NCBI GenBank assembly: GCA_963736545.1
Contig: CAVTPA010000001.1
Span: forward strand, 1,665,660 to 1,729,659
Reading direction: 5' to 3'
Origin: an uncultured Chloroflexia bacterium
Lineage (GTDB): Bacteria > Chloroflexota > Limnocylindria > Limnocylindrales > CSP1-4
DNA length: 64,000 nucleotides
The notes beneath the pieces are model-generated. The model did not search any database. It had not been told where the DNA came from and saw nothing but the letters and a program-made list of their open reading frames with translations. This document shows, one piece after another, positions 41,830 through 51,639 of this stretch; the stretch's first letter is position 1, and every line of letters begins with the position of its first letter. The position numbers were made by a program, and so were the translations under genes.

Positions 41830-43017
41830 ATGACGTTCACCCCGAAGGGTCCCCGCCGCCGCACGGCGATCGTGCTGCTGCTGGCGGCCGTGGCACTCGT
41901 CGTGTCCGCGTGCTCGGACTTCGACATCCGCACGGGGCTCCCGCCGGACGCCGCGACGACGCAGGGCCAGGCGGTCCGCGACCTGTACGACATCGTCTTC
42001 CTCATCGGGGCCGCGGTCTTCATCTTCGTCGAGGGCCTGATCCTCTTCGCCGTCATCCGCTACCGCCGGCGCAAGGGCGACGACGAGCTGCCGCCGCAGA
42101 TCCACGGCAACAACAAGCTCGAGATCATCTGGACGGCGATCCCGATCGCGATCGTCCTCGCCCTCTTCGTCATCTCCTGGAACACTCTCAACGTCATCGA
42201 CGCGGTGAAGCCGAACCCGCCGGTCCGCATCGGGGTCGTCGCCTACCAGTGGCAGTGGCAGTTCGTGTACGCACCCGAGGGGATCGCGTGGGAGGACTGC
42301 GGCGCCCCCGAGAACGCCGGCACGTGCGTCACCGTCATCGGCGTCGGCCCGCCGAACGGCGACCGGACGAACTGGACGCCGCCGCAGATGCACGTGCCCG
42401 TCAACGAGACCGTCGAGCTCCAGATGCACGCGGTGGACGTGATCCACTCGTTCTACGTCCCGGCGTTCCTGTACCAGCGCGACATCACCCCGCGGAAGGA
42501 CCAGGTGATCCAGTTCTTCGCCGACCGCGAGGGGACGTACCGCGGCCAGTGCACCCAGTTCTGCGGCCTCAAGCACCACGAGATGGAGTTCGAGGTCGTC
42601 GTCGAGAGCCGCGAGGACTTCAACGCCTGGCTCGCCGAGGAGCTCACGCCGCCGGCCACGCCGTCGCCCGCGCCGACCACGAGCGCGGCGCCCGGGGGAG
42701 CGCGGCGCCGGGAGAGCGCGGCGCCCGGGGAGGCGGTGACGCTCGAGATCAGCGCCCAGGGCATCGCCTTCGACACCGACACGCTCGAGGTGCCGGCGAA
42801 CACGCCGTTCACGATCGTCTTCGCCAACAACGACGCGGGGATCCCCCACAACGTCGCCATCCACGAGGGGGGCCCGACCGGGCCCGAGGTCTGGGCCGGC
42901 GAGATCTTCAACGGCGTGGAGACCCGGACGTACGAGGTCCCGGCCCTGCCCGCCGGCACGTACGGCTTCATCTGCACGGTCCACCCGAACATGACCGGCA
43001 CGCTCACGGCCCGGTAG
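41830..43017 (+). CDS. ctaC: cytochrome c oxidase subunit II fused to a C-terminal amicyanin/plastocyanin-like cupredoxin domain
   Basis: Lipobox VVSAC, two TM helices, CuA site H...CTQFCGLKHHEM. A linker leads to a 95-aa domain with PHNVAIH and CTVHPNM (C-x2-H-x2-M). GGGAGG Shine-Dalgarno. Confidence 0.9.
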   Translation: MTFTPKGPRRRTAIVLLLAAVALVVSACSDFDIRTGLPPDAATTQGQAVRDLYDIVFLIGAAVFIFVEGLILFAVIRYRRRKGDDELPPQIHGNNKLEIIWTAIPIAIVLALFVISWNTLNVIDAVKPNPPVRIGVVAYQWQWQFVYAPEGIAWEDCGAPENAGTCVTVIGVGPPNGDRTNWTPPQMHVPVNETVELQMHAVDVIHSFYVPAFLYQRDITPRKDQVIQFFADREGTYRGQCTQFCGLKHHEMEFEVVVESREDFNAWLAEELTPPATPSPAPTTSAAPGGARRRESAAPGEAVTLEISAQGIAFDTDTLEVPANTPFTIVFANNDAGIPHNVAIHEGGPTGPEVWAGEIFNGVETRTYEVPALPAGTYGFICTVHPNMTGTLTAR

Positions 43018-43020
43018 GAG
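42714..43020 (+). repeat. copy 1 of a 307-bp segment 100 % identical to 46411-46717 (cupredoxin module plus stop plus 3 nt)
   Basis: Compared base by base by eye; no mismatch seen. Confidence 0.9.
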
Positions 43021-43026
43021 AGGACG

Positions 43027-44664
43027 ATGGCTACCACCGCGCTCCGGCCCACCGCGACGTACCGCTCGGGCATCTACGACTGGCTGACGACCACCGATCA
43101 CAAGAAGATCGGGATCCTCTACACGTTCAACTCGCTGCTGCTCTTCCTCGTCGGCGGCACGCTCGCCCTCGCCGTCCGCACCGAGCTGGCCATGCCGGGC
43201 CTCCAGGTGATGGACGAGACGACGTACAACCAGATGTTCACGATGCACGCCTCGGTGATGATCTTCTGGGTCGTCATCCCGTTCCTGGCGGGCTTCGGCA
43301 ACTACCTGGTCCCGCTCATGATCGGGGCGCCGGACATGGCGTTCCCCCGGATCAACGCCCTCTCGTTCTGGCTCCTGCCGCTCTCCGCGATGATCGCGAT
43401 GCTGGGCTTCCCGCTCGGCGGCGCGGCGCAGGAGGGCTGGACCTCCTACAGCCCGCTCGCGCAGGACCAGTACGCCGCGGGCGTGGGCACCGACCTCTGG
43501 ATCATCGCCCTGCTCCTCGTGGGAACGAGCTCGATCCTCGGGGCGGTCAACTTCCTCGTCACGATCTTCAAGATGCGGGCGCCCGGGATGACCCTCTTCC
43601 GGATGCCGATCTTCGTCTGGACGATCCTCGTGACGAGCGTCCTCGTCCTCATGGGAACGCCGGTCCTGACCTCCGCCCTCGTGATGCTGTACATCGACCG
43701 CAACTTCGGCGGCGCCTTCTTCAACACGGCGCTCGAGGGCGGCAACGCGATCCTGTGGCAGAACGTGTTCTGGTTCTACAGCCACCCGGCCGTCTACATC
43801 ATGATCCTGCCGGCGATGGGGATCATCTCGGAGGTCCTCCCGACCTTCAGCCGGAAGCCGCTCTTCGGCTACAAGGCGTTCGTCTTCGCCACGGCCGCGA
43901 TCGGGGCCCTCGGCTTCTCGGTGTGGGCCCACCACATGTTCACGACCGGCGCCGTGTACCTCCCGTTCTTCAGCTTCATGACGTTCCTCATCGCCGTCCC
44001 GACCGGCGTGAAGATGTTCAACTGGATCGCCACGATGTTCCGGGGGAAGCTGTCGTTCACGACCTCGATGCTGTTCGCGGTCGGGTTCCTGGCGATGTTC
44101 CTCATCGGCGGCATCAACGGTGCCTTCCTGGCGTCCGTCCCGGTGGACTACCACGTTCACGCGACGTACTGGATCGTGGCCCACATCCACTACGTCCTCT
44201 TCGGCGGCTCGATCATCGGCATCTTCGCCGGGCTCTACTACTGGTGGCCGAAGATGTTCGGGCGCCGGCTCAACGAGAGCCTCGGCAAGATCCACTTCGT
44301 CCTCATCTTCATCGGCATGAACCTGACGTTCTTCCCGATGCACCTCCTGGGGACGTCAGGGATGACCCGCCGGATCGCCGACTACAGCGCGACCGCCGGC
44401 TGGAACGACCTGAACCTGTGGGCGACGATCGGCGGCTTCACGATCGCGGTGGGGATGCTGCCGTTCCTGTGGAACATCTTCATCACCCTCCGCCACGGCG
44501 AGCCGGCCGGCGACGACCCGTGGGAGGGCAGCACGCTGGAGTGGGCGACCTCCTCGCCGCCGCCCGCCTGGAACTTCGACCACCTGCCGCCGATCCGCTC
44601 CGAGCGGCCGGTCTTCGACCGCCGCCGGGCGTCCGAGGCAGCCCAGCTTCCCGCGGGGCACTGA
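43027..44664 (+). CDS. ctaD: cytochrome c oxidase subunit I
   Basis: Canonical heme-copper oxidase subunit I sequence (WFYSHPAVYIMILP, HHMF, etc.). Confidence 0.95.
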   Translation: MATTALRPTATYRSGIYDWLTTTDHKKIGILYTFNSLLLFLVGGTLALAVRTELAMPGLQVMDETTYNQMFTMHASVMIFWVVIPFLAGFGNYLVPLMIGAPDMAFPRINALSFWLLPLSAMIAMLGFPLGGAAQEGWTSYSPLAQDQYAAGVGTDLWIIALLLVGTSSILGAVNFLVTIFKMRAPGMTLFRMPIFVWTILVTSVLVLMGTPVLTSALVMLYIDRNFGGAFFNTALEGGNAILWQNVFWFYSHPAVYIMILPAMGIISEVLPTFSRKPLFGYKAFVFATAAIGALGFSVWAHHMFTTGAVYLPFFSFMTFLIAVPTGVKMFNWIATMFRGKLSFTTSMLFAVGFLAMFLIGGINGAFLASVPVDYHVHATYWIVAHIHYVLFGGSIIGIFAGLYYWWPKMFGRRLNESLGKIHFVLIFIGMNLTFFPMHLLGTSGMTRRIADYSATAGWNDLNLWATIGGFTIAVGMLPFLWNIFITLRHGEPAGDDPWEGSTLEWATSSPPPAWNFDHLPPIRSERPVFDRRRASEAAQLPAGH

Positions 44665-44667
44665 CCG

Positions 44668-45300
44668 ATGACCGCCAGCCCGTCCACCGTCACGCCGCAC
44701 GCCGGGGCTCCCGGGGCGCACGTCCAGCACCGGAGCGGGATCAGCAACCCGATCCTGGGGATGATCCTCTTCATCGCCTCGGAGGTGATGTTCTTCGCCG
44801 GCCTCTTCGCGGCCTACTACAACGTCCGGCTGACCGCGCCGCACTGGCCGCCCCTCGTCAACGAGGCCGAGTACGAACCCTTCCTCATCGGCAACGAGAT
44901 CCTCCTGCCGGGGATCCTCACGTTCATTCTCGTCATGAGCTCGGTGACGATGCAGCTGGCCGTGTGGGCGATCCGCCGCGGCGATCGGACGGCGTTCCTG
45001 CGGAACACGGCCGTCACCCTCGTCCTGGGGGTGATCTTCCTCGCCGGGCAGCTCTACGACTACCTGCACCTCGGCTTCGGGATCACCGACACCGCGTTCG
45101 GCAGCACGTTCTACACGCTGACCGGCTTCCACGGCGCCCACGTCCTCGGCGGCGCGGTCATGCTGGGGGTGATCCTCTACCGGGGGCTGGCCGGCCAGTT
45201 CTCGGCCCGTCACCACGACGCGGTGGAGGCGACGTCGCTCTACTGGCACTTCGTCGACGTCGTCTGGATCGTCCTCTTCTCCACGCTCTATCTGCTGTAG
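44668..45300 (+). CDS. ctaE: cytochrome c oxidase subunit III
   Basis: 210 aa, 5 TM, with FHGAHV and YWHFVD motifs. Confidence 0.9.
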   Translation: MTASPSTVTPHAGAPGAHVQHRSGISNPILGMILFIASEVMFFAGLFAAYYNVRLTAPHWPPLVNEAEYEPFLIGNEILLPGILTFILVMSSVTMQLAVWAIRRGDRTAFLRNTAVTLVLGVIFLAGQLYDYLHLGFGITDTAFGSTFYTLTGFHGAHVLGGAVMLGVILYRGLAGQFSARHHDAVEATSLYWHFVDVVWIVLFSTLYLL

Positions 45301-45315
45301 CGTTCGGAGGGACCG

Positions 45316-45495
45316 ATGATCATCAAGCCGCGCTACACGCTCCTGGCGGCCGTCCTGTTCATCACCGTCGCCATCGTCTACGGCGTCCTCAGCCGCGACT
45401 GGGCGGGGGTGACGATGCTGTTCGCGCTCGGGATCGCGACGTCCCTCATGGCCTACGTCCTCGTCGTGGGATCGCCCCGCGGCGACGAGCAGTAG
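45316..45495 (+). CDS. 59-aa two-TM protein resembling the N-terminal half of actinobacterial oxidase subunit IV (CtaF-like); absent from the ORF track
   Basis: GGAGGG Shine-Dalgarno 4 nt upstream of ATG 45316. Reads MIIKPRYTLLAAVLFITVAIVYGVLSRDWAGVTMLFALGIATSLMAYVLVVGSPRGDEQ*. Similarity to CtaF is from memory. Confidence 0.55.
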   Translation: MIIKPRYTLLAAVLFITVAIVYGVLSRDWAGVTMLFALGIATSLMAYVLVVGSPRGDEQ

Positions 45496-45517
45496 CCCCG
45501 GCGGCGACGGGCCACCG

Positions 45518-46714
45518 ATGACGCCCTGGGAGACGTTCCTCGAGGCCGTCGGCTCCCTCGTTGCCCCCGACTGGGGCGCACTCATCCTGCTCATCCCGCT
45601 CGGCGTCCTGCTCGCGGTCGCGGCCTATCTCGTCTGGGTCGTGCGGCGATTTGCGACGGCCGGGCCCCAGGTCACCCGCCCGCTCCCGGTCGCCCCGCCG
45701 CCCGCGGGCGTCCACCTGCCGGGACCGAGCCTGGCCCCGTTCCTCGTCGCCGGCGGCGCCCTCGCCCTCTTCGCCTCGCTCCTCTTCGTCCGGATCGGGC
45801 CGGCGGCGGACCCGACCACGGGTGAGCCGATCCCCGGCAGCACGACGATCGCGATCGAGGCGCTCGGGATCGTCGCCATCGTCCTGGGGGTCGGGGCACT
45901 CGTGGGGGCGCTCCTCTACTGGGGCCGCGAGGCGATGCGCGACTACGACGCGCTCGAGGCGCCCACCGCGCTCGTGGCGGCGGGGCACGCCGGGCCGCCG
46001 GCCGGCGTCCACGTCCCCGGGCCGTCGTTCCGCCCGCTGCTCGCCGCGATCGCGTCCGGGGCCATGCTCCTCGGCCTCGTCATCGACCCGATCGTCTTCC
46101 TTGCCGGCCTGCTCATGACCGTGATCGGGCTCCTCGGCTGGCTCAACGACGCCCGCAAGGAGTACCGCGAGGTCGTCAAGGCGGACGCCACGGGACACCT
46201 TGAGAACATCCCGGCGCCGCGCTTCCCGACCGGGACGCTCGTGGCGTTCGCCGTCATCTTCGTGGGCTCACTGCTCATCGCCGGCGGCATCTTCCCGCCC
46301 CGCGAGGGCACGACCGGCGGGGGCGGCGGCGCACCTCCGCCCGCCACCCAGGCCCCCGGCGGCGGAGGCGGCGCCACCGCGGCACCGGCGCCGAGCGACG
46401 CGCCGACCACGAGCGCGGCGCCCGGGGAGGCGGTGACGCTCGAGATCAGCGCCCAGGGCATCGCCTTCGACACCGACACGCTCGAGGTGCCGGCGAACAC
46501 GCCGTTCACGATCGTCTTCGCCAACAACGACGCGGGGATCCCCCACAACGTCGCCATCCACGAGGGGGGCCCGACCGGGCCCGAGGTCTGGGCCGGCGAG
46601 ATCTTCAACGGCGTGGAGACCCGGACGTACGAGGTCCCGGCCCTGCCCGCCGGCACGTACGGCTTCATCTGCACGGTCCACCCGAACATGACCGGCACGC
46701 TCACGGCCCGGTAG
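45518..46714 (+). CDS. membrane protein with two CtaF-C-like [GVH(L/V)PGPS..P + TM] repeats and the same C-terminal cupredoxin module as CoxII
   Basis: PPAGVHLPGPSLAPF... and PPAGVHVPGPSFRPL... each precede a TM helix. A Gly/Pro linker leads to a 95-aa domain identical to the CoxII C-terminus. Confidence 0.7.
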   Translation: MTPWETFLEAVGSLVAPDWGALILLIPLGVLLAVAAYLVWVVRRFATAGPQVTRPLPVAPPPAGVHLPGPSLAPFLVAGGALALFASLLFVRIGPAADPTTGEPIPGSTTIAIEALGIVAIVLGVGALVGALLYWGREAMRDYDALEAPTALVAAGHAGPPAGVHVPGPSFRPLLAAIASGAMLLGLVIDPIVFLAGLLMTVIGLLGWLNDARKEYREVVKADATGHLENIPAPRFPTGTLVAFAVIFVGSLLIAGGIFPPREGTTGGGGGAPPPATQAPGGGGGATAAPAPSDAPTTSAAPGEAVTLEISAQGIAFDTDTLEVPANTPFTIVFANNDAGIPHNVAIHEGGPTGPEVWAGEIFNGVETRTYEVPALPAGTYGFICTVHPNMTGTLTAR

Positions 46715-46717
46715 GAG
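46411..46717 (+). repeat. copy 2 of the 307-bp identical segment
   Basis: See 42714-43020. Confidence 0.9.
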
Positions 46718-46768
46718 CGCCGCTACGGCCCCGGGCGCGCTGTCCGTCGCGCGCCTAGAATCGGTCCC

Positions 46769-47326
46769 ATGAGTCGCCCGGCCCGCCGCCGCCCATCCGA
46801 CCTGCTCGTCGCCGCCATCGTCCTCGCGCTTGCCGCCGCCGTGGCCGCGTGCAGCGGCGGTTCGGCGGGGACCCCTGCCGGCAGCGTCGTCACGATCGGC
46901 TCGCCGCTCATCGGCCAGCCCGCACCGCAGCTCGTCGGCGAGACGCTCGACGGTTCGACGTTCGACCTCGCCGCCGAGCGCGGGAAGCCGGTCCTCGTCA
47001 ACTTCTGGGCGAGCTGGTGCGGGCCCTGCCGCGAGGAGTTCCCGCTGCTCGAGGATGCCGCCGCCCGCCACGCCGACGAGGGCCTCGTCGTCGTCGGCGC
47101 CCTCTTCAAGGACGACGCCGACCCGGCCCGGACGTTCGTGGAAGAGCAGGGAGCGACGTGGCCGACCGTCGCCGACCCCGACCGCGTCGTCGGCCCGGCG
47201 TGGAAGGTCCTCGCCCCGCCCCAGTCGTTCTTCGTCGATCGCGAGGGGATCATCCGCGAGGTGCAGGTCGGCCAGGTCCGCGACGCCGCGGAGCTCGACC
47301 GGCTGCTCGCGTCCATCCTCGAGTGA
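46769..47326 (+). CDS. TlpA/ResA-type thiol:disulfide oxidoreductase lipoprotein
   Basis: Lipobox AAVAAC-S and thioredoxin motif WASWCGPC. Confidence 0.85.
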   Translation: MSRPARRRPSDLLVAAIVLALAAAVAACSGGSAGTPAGSVVTIGSPLIGQPAPQLVGETLDGSTFDLAAERGKPVLVNFWASWCGPCREEFPLLEDAAARHADEGLVVVGALFKDDADPARTFVEEQGATWPTVADPDRVVGPAWKVLAPPQSFFVDREGIIREVQVGQVRDAAELDRLLASILE

Positions 47327-48312
47327 CCCTGCCGGCCGACCCGACGCTCTCTCCGGCGCAGGCGCCCGCCACGGGATCCGGCGCCAGCGCGGCCGTCGTC
47401 CTTCGCGGCCTCCGCAAGCGCTACGGCGGCCTCGTGGTTCTCGACGGGCTCGACCTCGAGGTCCAGCAGGGCGAGCTGTTCGCCCTGCTCGGGCCGAACG
47501 GAGCCGGAAAGACGACGACGGTCGAGATCCTCGAGGGGTACCGCCGGGCGGACGCCGGCGAGGTGAGCGTCCTCGGCCTCGACCCGCGCCGCGACGCCGC
47601 GGCCCTGCGGCCGCGACTGGGGCTCATGCTCCAGGGCGGCGGGATCGCGCCCCAGGTGCGGCCGCGCGAGCTCCTCCGCCTCCACGCCGCCTTCTTCGCC
47701 GACCCGGCCGACCCGGACGCGCTCCTCGACCTGGTCGGGCTCACGACCGCCGCCGACCGGCGCTACCGACTTCTCTCCGGCGGCGAGCGCCAGCGTCTCT
47801 CGCTCGCGCTCGCCCTCGTCGGCCGCCCGGAGCTCCTCGTGCTCGACGAGCCGACGGCGGGCATGGACCCGGCGGCCAAGGTCCTGGTGCGCGAGCTCAT
47901 CGGGGAGCTCCGGAGCGGCGGACGCACGATCATCCTCACGACCCACGAGCTCGTCGACGCCGAGCGACTCGCCGACCGCGTCGGCGTCCTCGACCGCGGC
48001 CGACTCGTCGCCCTCGGCACGCCGGCCGAGGTGATCGCCGGCGGCCCGCCGGTCCTGCGCTTCCGGTCGCGCGGCGCGCTCGGTCCGGACGACGCGGCCG
48101 AGCTGGCCGGTGTCCTGGGCGCAACGCTCGTCGACGACGGGGCGCCCGGCGCGTATCGCGTGGCGGGCCGCGCCCCCGACCCGGACCTCGTCGCCGCCCT
48201 CGCGGCGTGGGCCGCGGGGCGCGGCCTCCTCCTCGACGAGGTGCGGACGGCGAGCGGCACGCTCGAGGAGCGGTTCCTGGAGCTCGTGCGTGCCCAGGAG
48301 GACGAGCCGTGA
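47323..48312 (+). CDS. ABC transporter ATP-binding protein (ABC-2 / DrrA-type)
   Basis: Walker A GPNGAGKTT, signature LSGGERQR, Walker B LLVLDEP. GTGA overlaps on both sides. Confidence 0.85.
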   Translation: MTLPADPTLSPAQAPATGSGASAAVVLRGLRKRYGGLVVLDGLDLEVQQGELFALLGPNGAGKTTTVEILEGYRRADAGEVSVLGLDPRRDAAALRPRLGLMLQGGGIAPQVRPRELLRLHAAFFADPADPDALLDLVGLTTAADRRYRLLSGGERQRLSLALALVGRPELLVLDEPTAGMDPAAKVLVRELIGELRSGGRTIILTTHELVDAERLADRVGVLDRGRLVALGTPAEVIAGGPPVLRFRSRGALGPDDAAELAGVLGATLVDDGAPGAYRVAGRAPDPDLVAALAAWAAGRGLLLDEVRTASGTLEERFLELVRAQEDEP

Positions 48313-49146
48313 GCGCGGGCGACGGAGCGAGCCGCCCGGCTGCGGGACGCGACGCGCTGCTGCGGCCCGGCGGGTCCGGGGGCGGCACCGCCGCGCCCAT
48401 CGGGCGGATGGTGGCCGCCCAGCTGGGGATGGAGCTGCGCCTGACCGCGCGGCGCGGAGAGAACCTGCTTGCGACCCTGGTCCTGCCCGTCGTGCTGCTC
48501 GTGTTCTTCGCAACGGTTCCCGTCCTGGCTCCGGCGCGGGGCCTCGGAGGGCGCGTCGGCCGTCACGTCGCTCCTGCCGGGCGTCCTCGCGATCGCCATC
48601 GTCGCGGCCGGCCTCGTGAACCTCGGCATCGCGACCGCCTTCGAGCGCGGCTACGGCGTGCTCAAGCGCCTCGGCGGCTCGCCGCTGCCGCGCGGCGGAC
48701 TGCTGGCCGCGAAGGTCGGGGCCGTGCTCGTCGTCGAAGCGCTCCAGGTCGCGCTCCTCGTCGGGATCGCCACCGCAGGGCTCGGTTGGAGCCCGGGCGC
48801 CGGGTGGAGCCCGGCGATCGTGGTCGCGGCGGTGGCCCTCGGCACCCTGGCGTTCGCGGCGCTCGGGCTCCTTCTCGCGGGGACGCTCCGTCCCGAGGCG
48901 ACACTCGCCGTCGCGAACGGGCTGTTCGTCGTCGGCATGCTCCTCGGCGGGATGCTCGTCCCAGCCGCCGACCTTCCCGGGGTCCTCGGCGACCTTGCGG
49001 CCCTCACGCCGACGGCGGCCCTGGCCGACGCCCTCCGGATCGGGCTCGGGGCGACGACGGGCGACGCGACGGGCCCGCTCGCGCTCCTCGCGGCGTGGGG
49101 GCTCGGCGCCGCCGTCGCCGCCGCGCGCTGGTTCCGCTGGGAGTAG
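48309..49146 (+). pseudogene. ABC-2-type permease with one apparent frameshift near 48530-48545
   Basis: Frame of 48309 encodes the N-terminus and TM1 (..LLATLVLPVVLLVFFATVPVLAPA). The frame of the 48469 ORF then encodes ..SAVTSLLPGVLAIAIVAAGLVNLGIATAFERGYGVLKRLGGSPL... to the stop. The change falls at a GGGG run (48538-48541). Confidence 0.7.
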
Positions 49147-49194
49147 GCCGGCGGCCGGGGGCGGCGGGCACGCGGGCGCCGCCCCCGATCGAGA

Positions 49195-51436
49195 TCAGGC
49201 CGCTCCGCCCTCGGTGCCGGCCGACGGCTCGGGGGCCGACGGCTCGGGGGCCGACGGCTCGGGGGCCGTTCCGCCGCTCGGGCCGGCCGACGGCTCGGGG
49301 GCCAGCGGCTGCTCGCTCGCGGCCGCAGGCTCGGTGACGACGTCGGGCTCCGGCAGGGTCCCGGGCGCAGGGGCGGGCACTGCCTCCGGACCTGCGGCGG
49401 CGCCGTCATCGGGCGCGACCGCATCAACACCGGCAATCGCCGCGGCGGCGCCCGATGTGTCGTCGCCCGGCTCGACAGTCGCGACGTCGGGCTCGACGGC
49501 GCCGGCCGCCGCGCCCGGGGCAGCGCCGCCCGTGGCGTCCCCGCCCGGGGCGTCCCCGCCCGGTTCGTCCCCGCCCGGGGCCGTCGGCGGCGGCTGGGCG
49601 CCCCGCCGGGCCATGACGACGGCGCCGACGATCCCCACGACCATGACGAGCACGAGGAGCAGGAGCCAGGGGATCCCGCCCTCGTCCTCGGCCGGCTCGG
49701 GCGTCGGCGTCGGGGTCGGCTCCGGGGTCGCCGTCGGCTCCGGCGTCGGCGCCACGACGGCAACCAGCGGAACGACGACGTCGGCGAAGGGGTTGCCGTC
49801 GGTGACGACCGGCGGCGGATTCTGTGTCTCCCACGAGCGGTCGCCGTCCGTCACGTCGGACACGACGACATAGGTCGCCTCCGGGTCGACGTCGGCGACG
49901 TTGAACGGCACCGAGAACGGGATCGGCGCACTCGCGCCGCCCTGCGGCCGGGCGTCGAAGCCGAGCACGCTCCCGGTCTCCGGCTGGACGACCATCGTCA
50001 CCGACGAGGCGTCGGCGCCGAGGGCGCCGTCGATCCCGGCGAGCGTGCCGGTGACCTCGCCCAGCAACAGGTCCGGACGGTACGTGAGGCGGACCACGAC
50101 GCCCGATGCCGGGGCACCGCCGGTGAGCACGGCGACGCCGTCCTCGGAGACCCAGGCGTTGTCGCCGTCGACGATCGCGCCGCGGACCGTGTAGGCCCGG
50201 TCGGGATCCACGTCGGCCGTGGCGTACGTGATCGAGAAGCTGATGGGCTGCTGGCCGGGCGTCGGGATCACCTGCGTCGCGACCACCCCGACGGACGACG
50301 CGTTGCCCTCGTCGAGGAGGGCGACGACCGCCCTGGCGGCGCCGGAGAGCTTGGCGCCCTCCGAGTAGACGAGCGTGCCCGTCACCGTGCCCTCCGTCGG
50401 CCCGGGCGTCGGCGTTGGCGTCGCGGTGGGGCCGGCCGTCGGGCTGGCCGTCGGCGTGGCGGTTGGGCTAGCCGTCGGGCTGGCCGTCGCCGTCGGTGCC
50501 GGCGTGGCGGTCGGGGCCGCGGTCGGCTTCGGAGTCGGGGTCGGCGCCGCGGTCGGCTTCGCGGTCGGGGCCTCCGTCGGCTCGGCAGTCGGCACCTCGG
50601 TGGGGGCCGCGGTCGGCTTCGGTGTCGGCGCCTCGGTGGGGGCCGCAGTCGGCGGAACCGGGGTCGGCGCCGGGGTCGGCTCGACGACCGGGAGCCTGGT
50701 CGAGAGGAGCGTGACGTCGAGCGTCAGGCCGGCGGTTCCCGAACCGGGCGGGAGGTCGACCGCCGTCGGGCTCTCCCACACGGCCGCACCATCCACGATC
50801 GCGGCCCTCGCCACGTAGCGGGCAGCGGGGTCGATGAGCGCCGGGTCGTAGGGCACCGCCACGGTGATCGGCACCTGCCCGGGCGTCACGGTGATCCCGC
50901 TGCCGGCCAGGCGGCCGCCGGTGGCGTTGACGATGGCAACCTGGGCGACGGCCGACGCGCTGAGCGCGGTCCGGTCCTTCTTCGTGATGGTGACGGTGAG
51001 GGTCGCGGGCGCGGGCGGGCGCACGGCGAGCGGCACCTTGACACCCGTCTCGGGACCGCCGGTGATCACCGGCACCGGCGCGGTGCTCCGGAGGACCGCG
51101 CTGCCGTCGACGACCGACGCGTACACGGCGTACGACCGGCTCGTGTCGATGCGGGCCGGGTCGTAGCGCACGGCGAACGCCAACGCTCCGCTGCCCTGGG
51201 CGGGGAGACGCTGCTGGCCGACGATCAGCGGATCGCTGGCGGTCGCCGACTGGTCGACGATCGTGACGACGGCCACGGCGGCCGCGGATCGCGCCCACGT
51301 CCATCGTGAGCTGTCCGCTGACCTGGCCCGACGGCGCGGCCGTCCCGGCCGGCACGAGCGGGAGCAGCAGGGCGATGGTCGCGATGAGAGCCGGGACGAC
51401 CCGGCGGGCCAGGCGTCCGCGCCGACGAACCTGCAC
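49195..51436 (-). pseudogene. type-I membrane protein with four YbaY-like lipoprotein-fold repeats, PT linkers, a TM helix and an acidic Ala/Pro tail; apparent frameshift after the signal peptide
   Basis: GAGGAG Shine-Dalgarno, then GTG 51436 encoding VQVRRRGRLARRVVPALIATIALLLPLVPAGTAAPSGQVSGQLTMDVGAI. The rest (..AVVTIVDQSATASDP...) is in the +1 frame from about 51290 downward. Confidence 0.65.
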
Positions 51437-51639
51437 GATCAATCTCCTCTGCCGCCGCGGCGCCGCCGTTCTGCGGGCCGCGGCTCGGCCCCCAACGTGC
51501 GGCATCCTACCGGCCACCCGGGTCGCCCGAGTCCTCCCGTTGGGGTGACCGGCCGTCTCGGCCGATGGCCCCATCGTCCCGCGGGGCCTCCCCGATCGGC
51601 CGGTTGCGCCCGGGGGCCCGTTCGGCCACCCTTCCCGCC

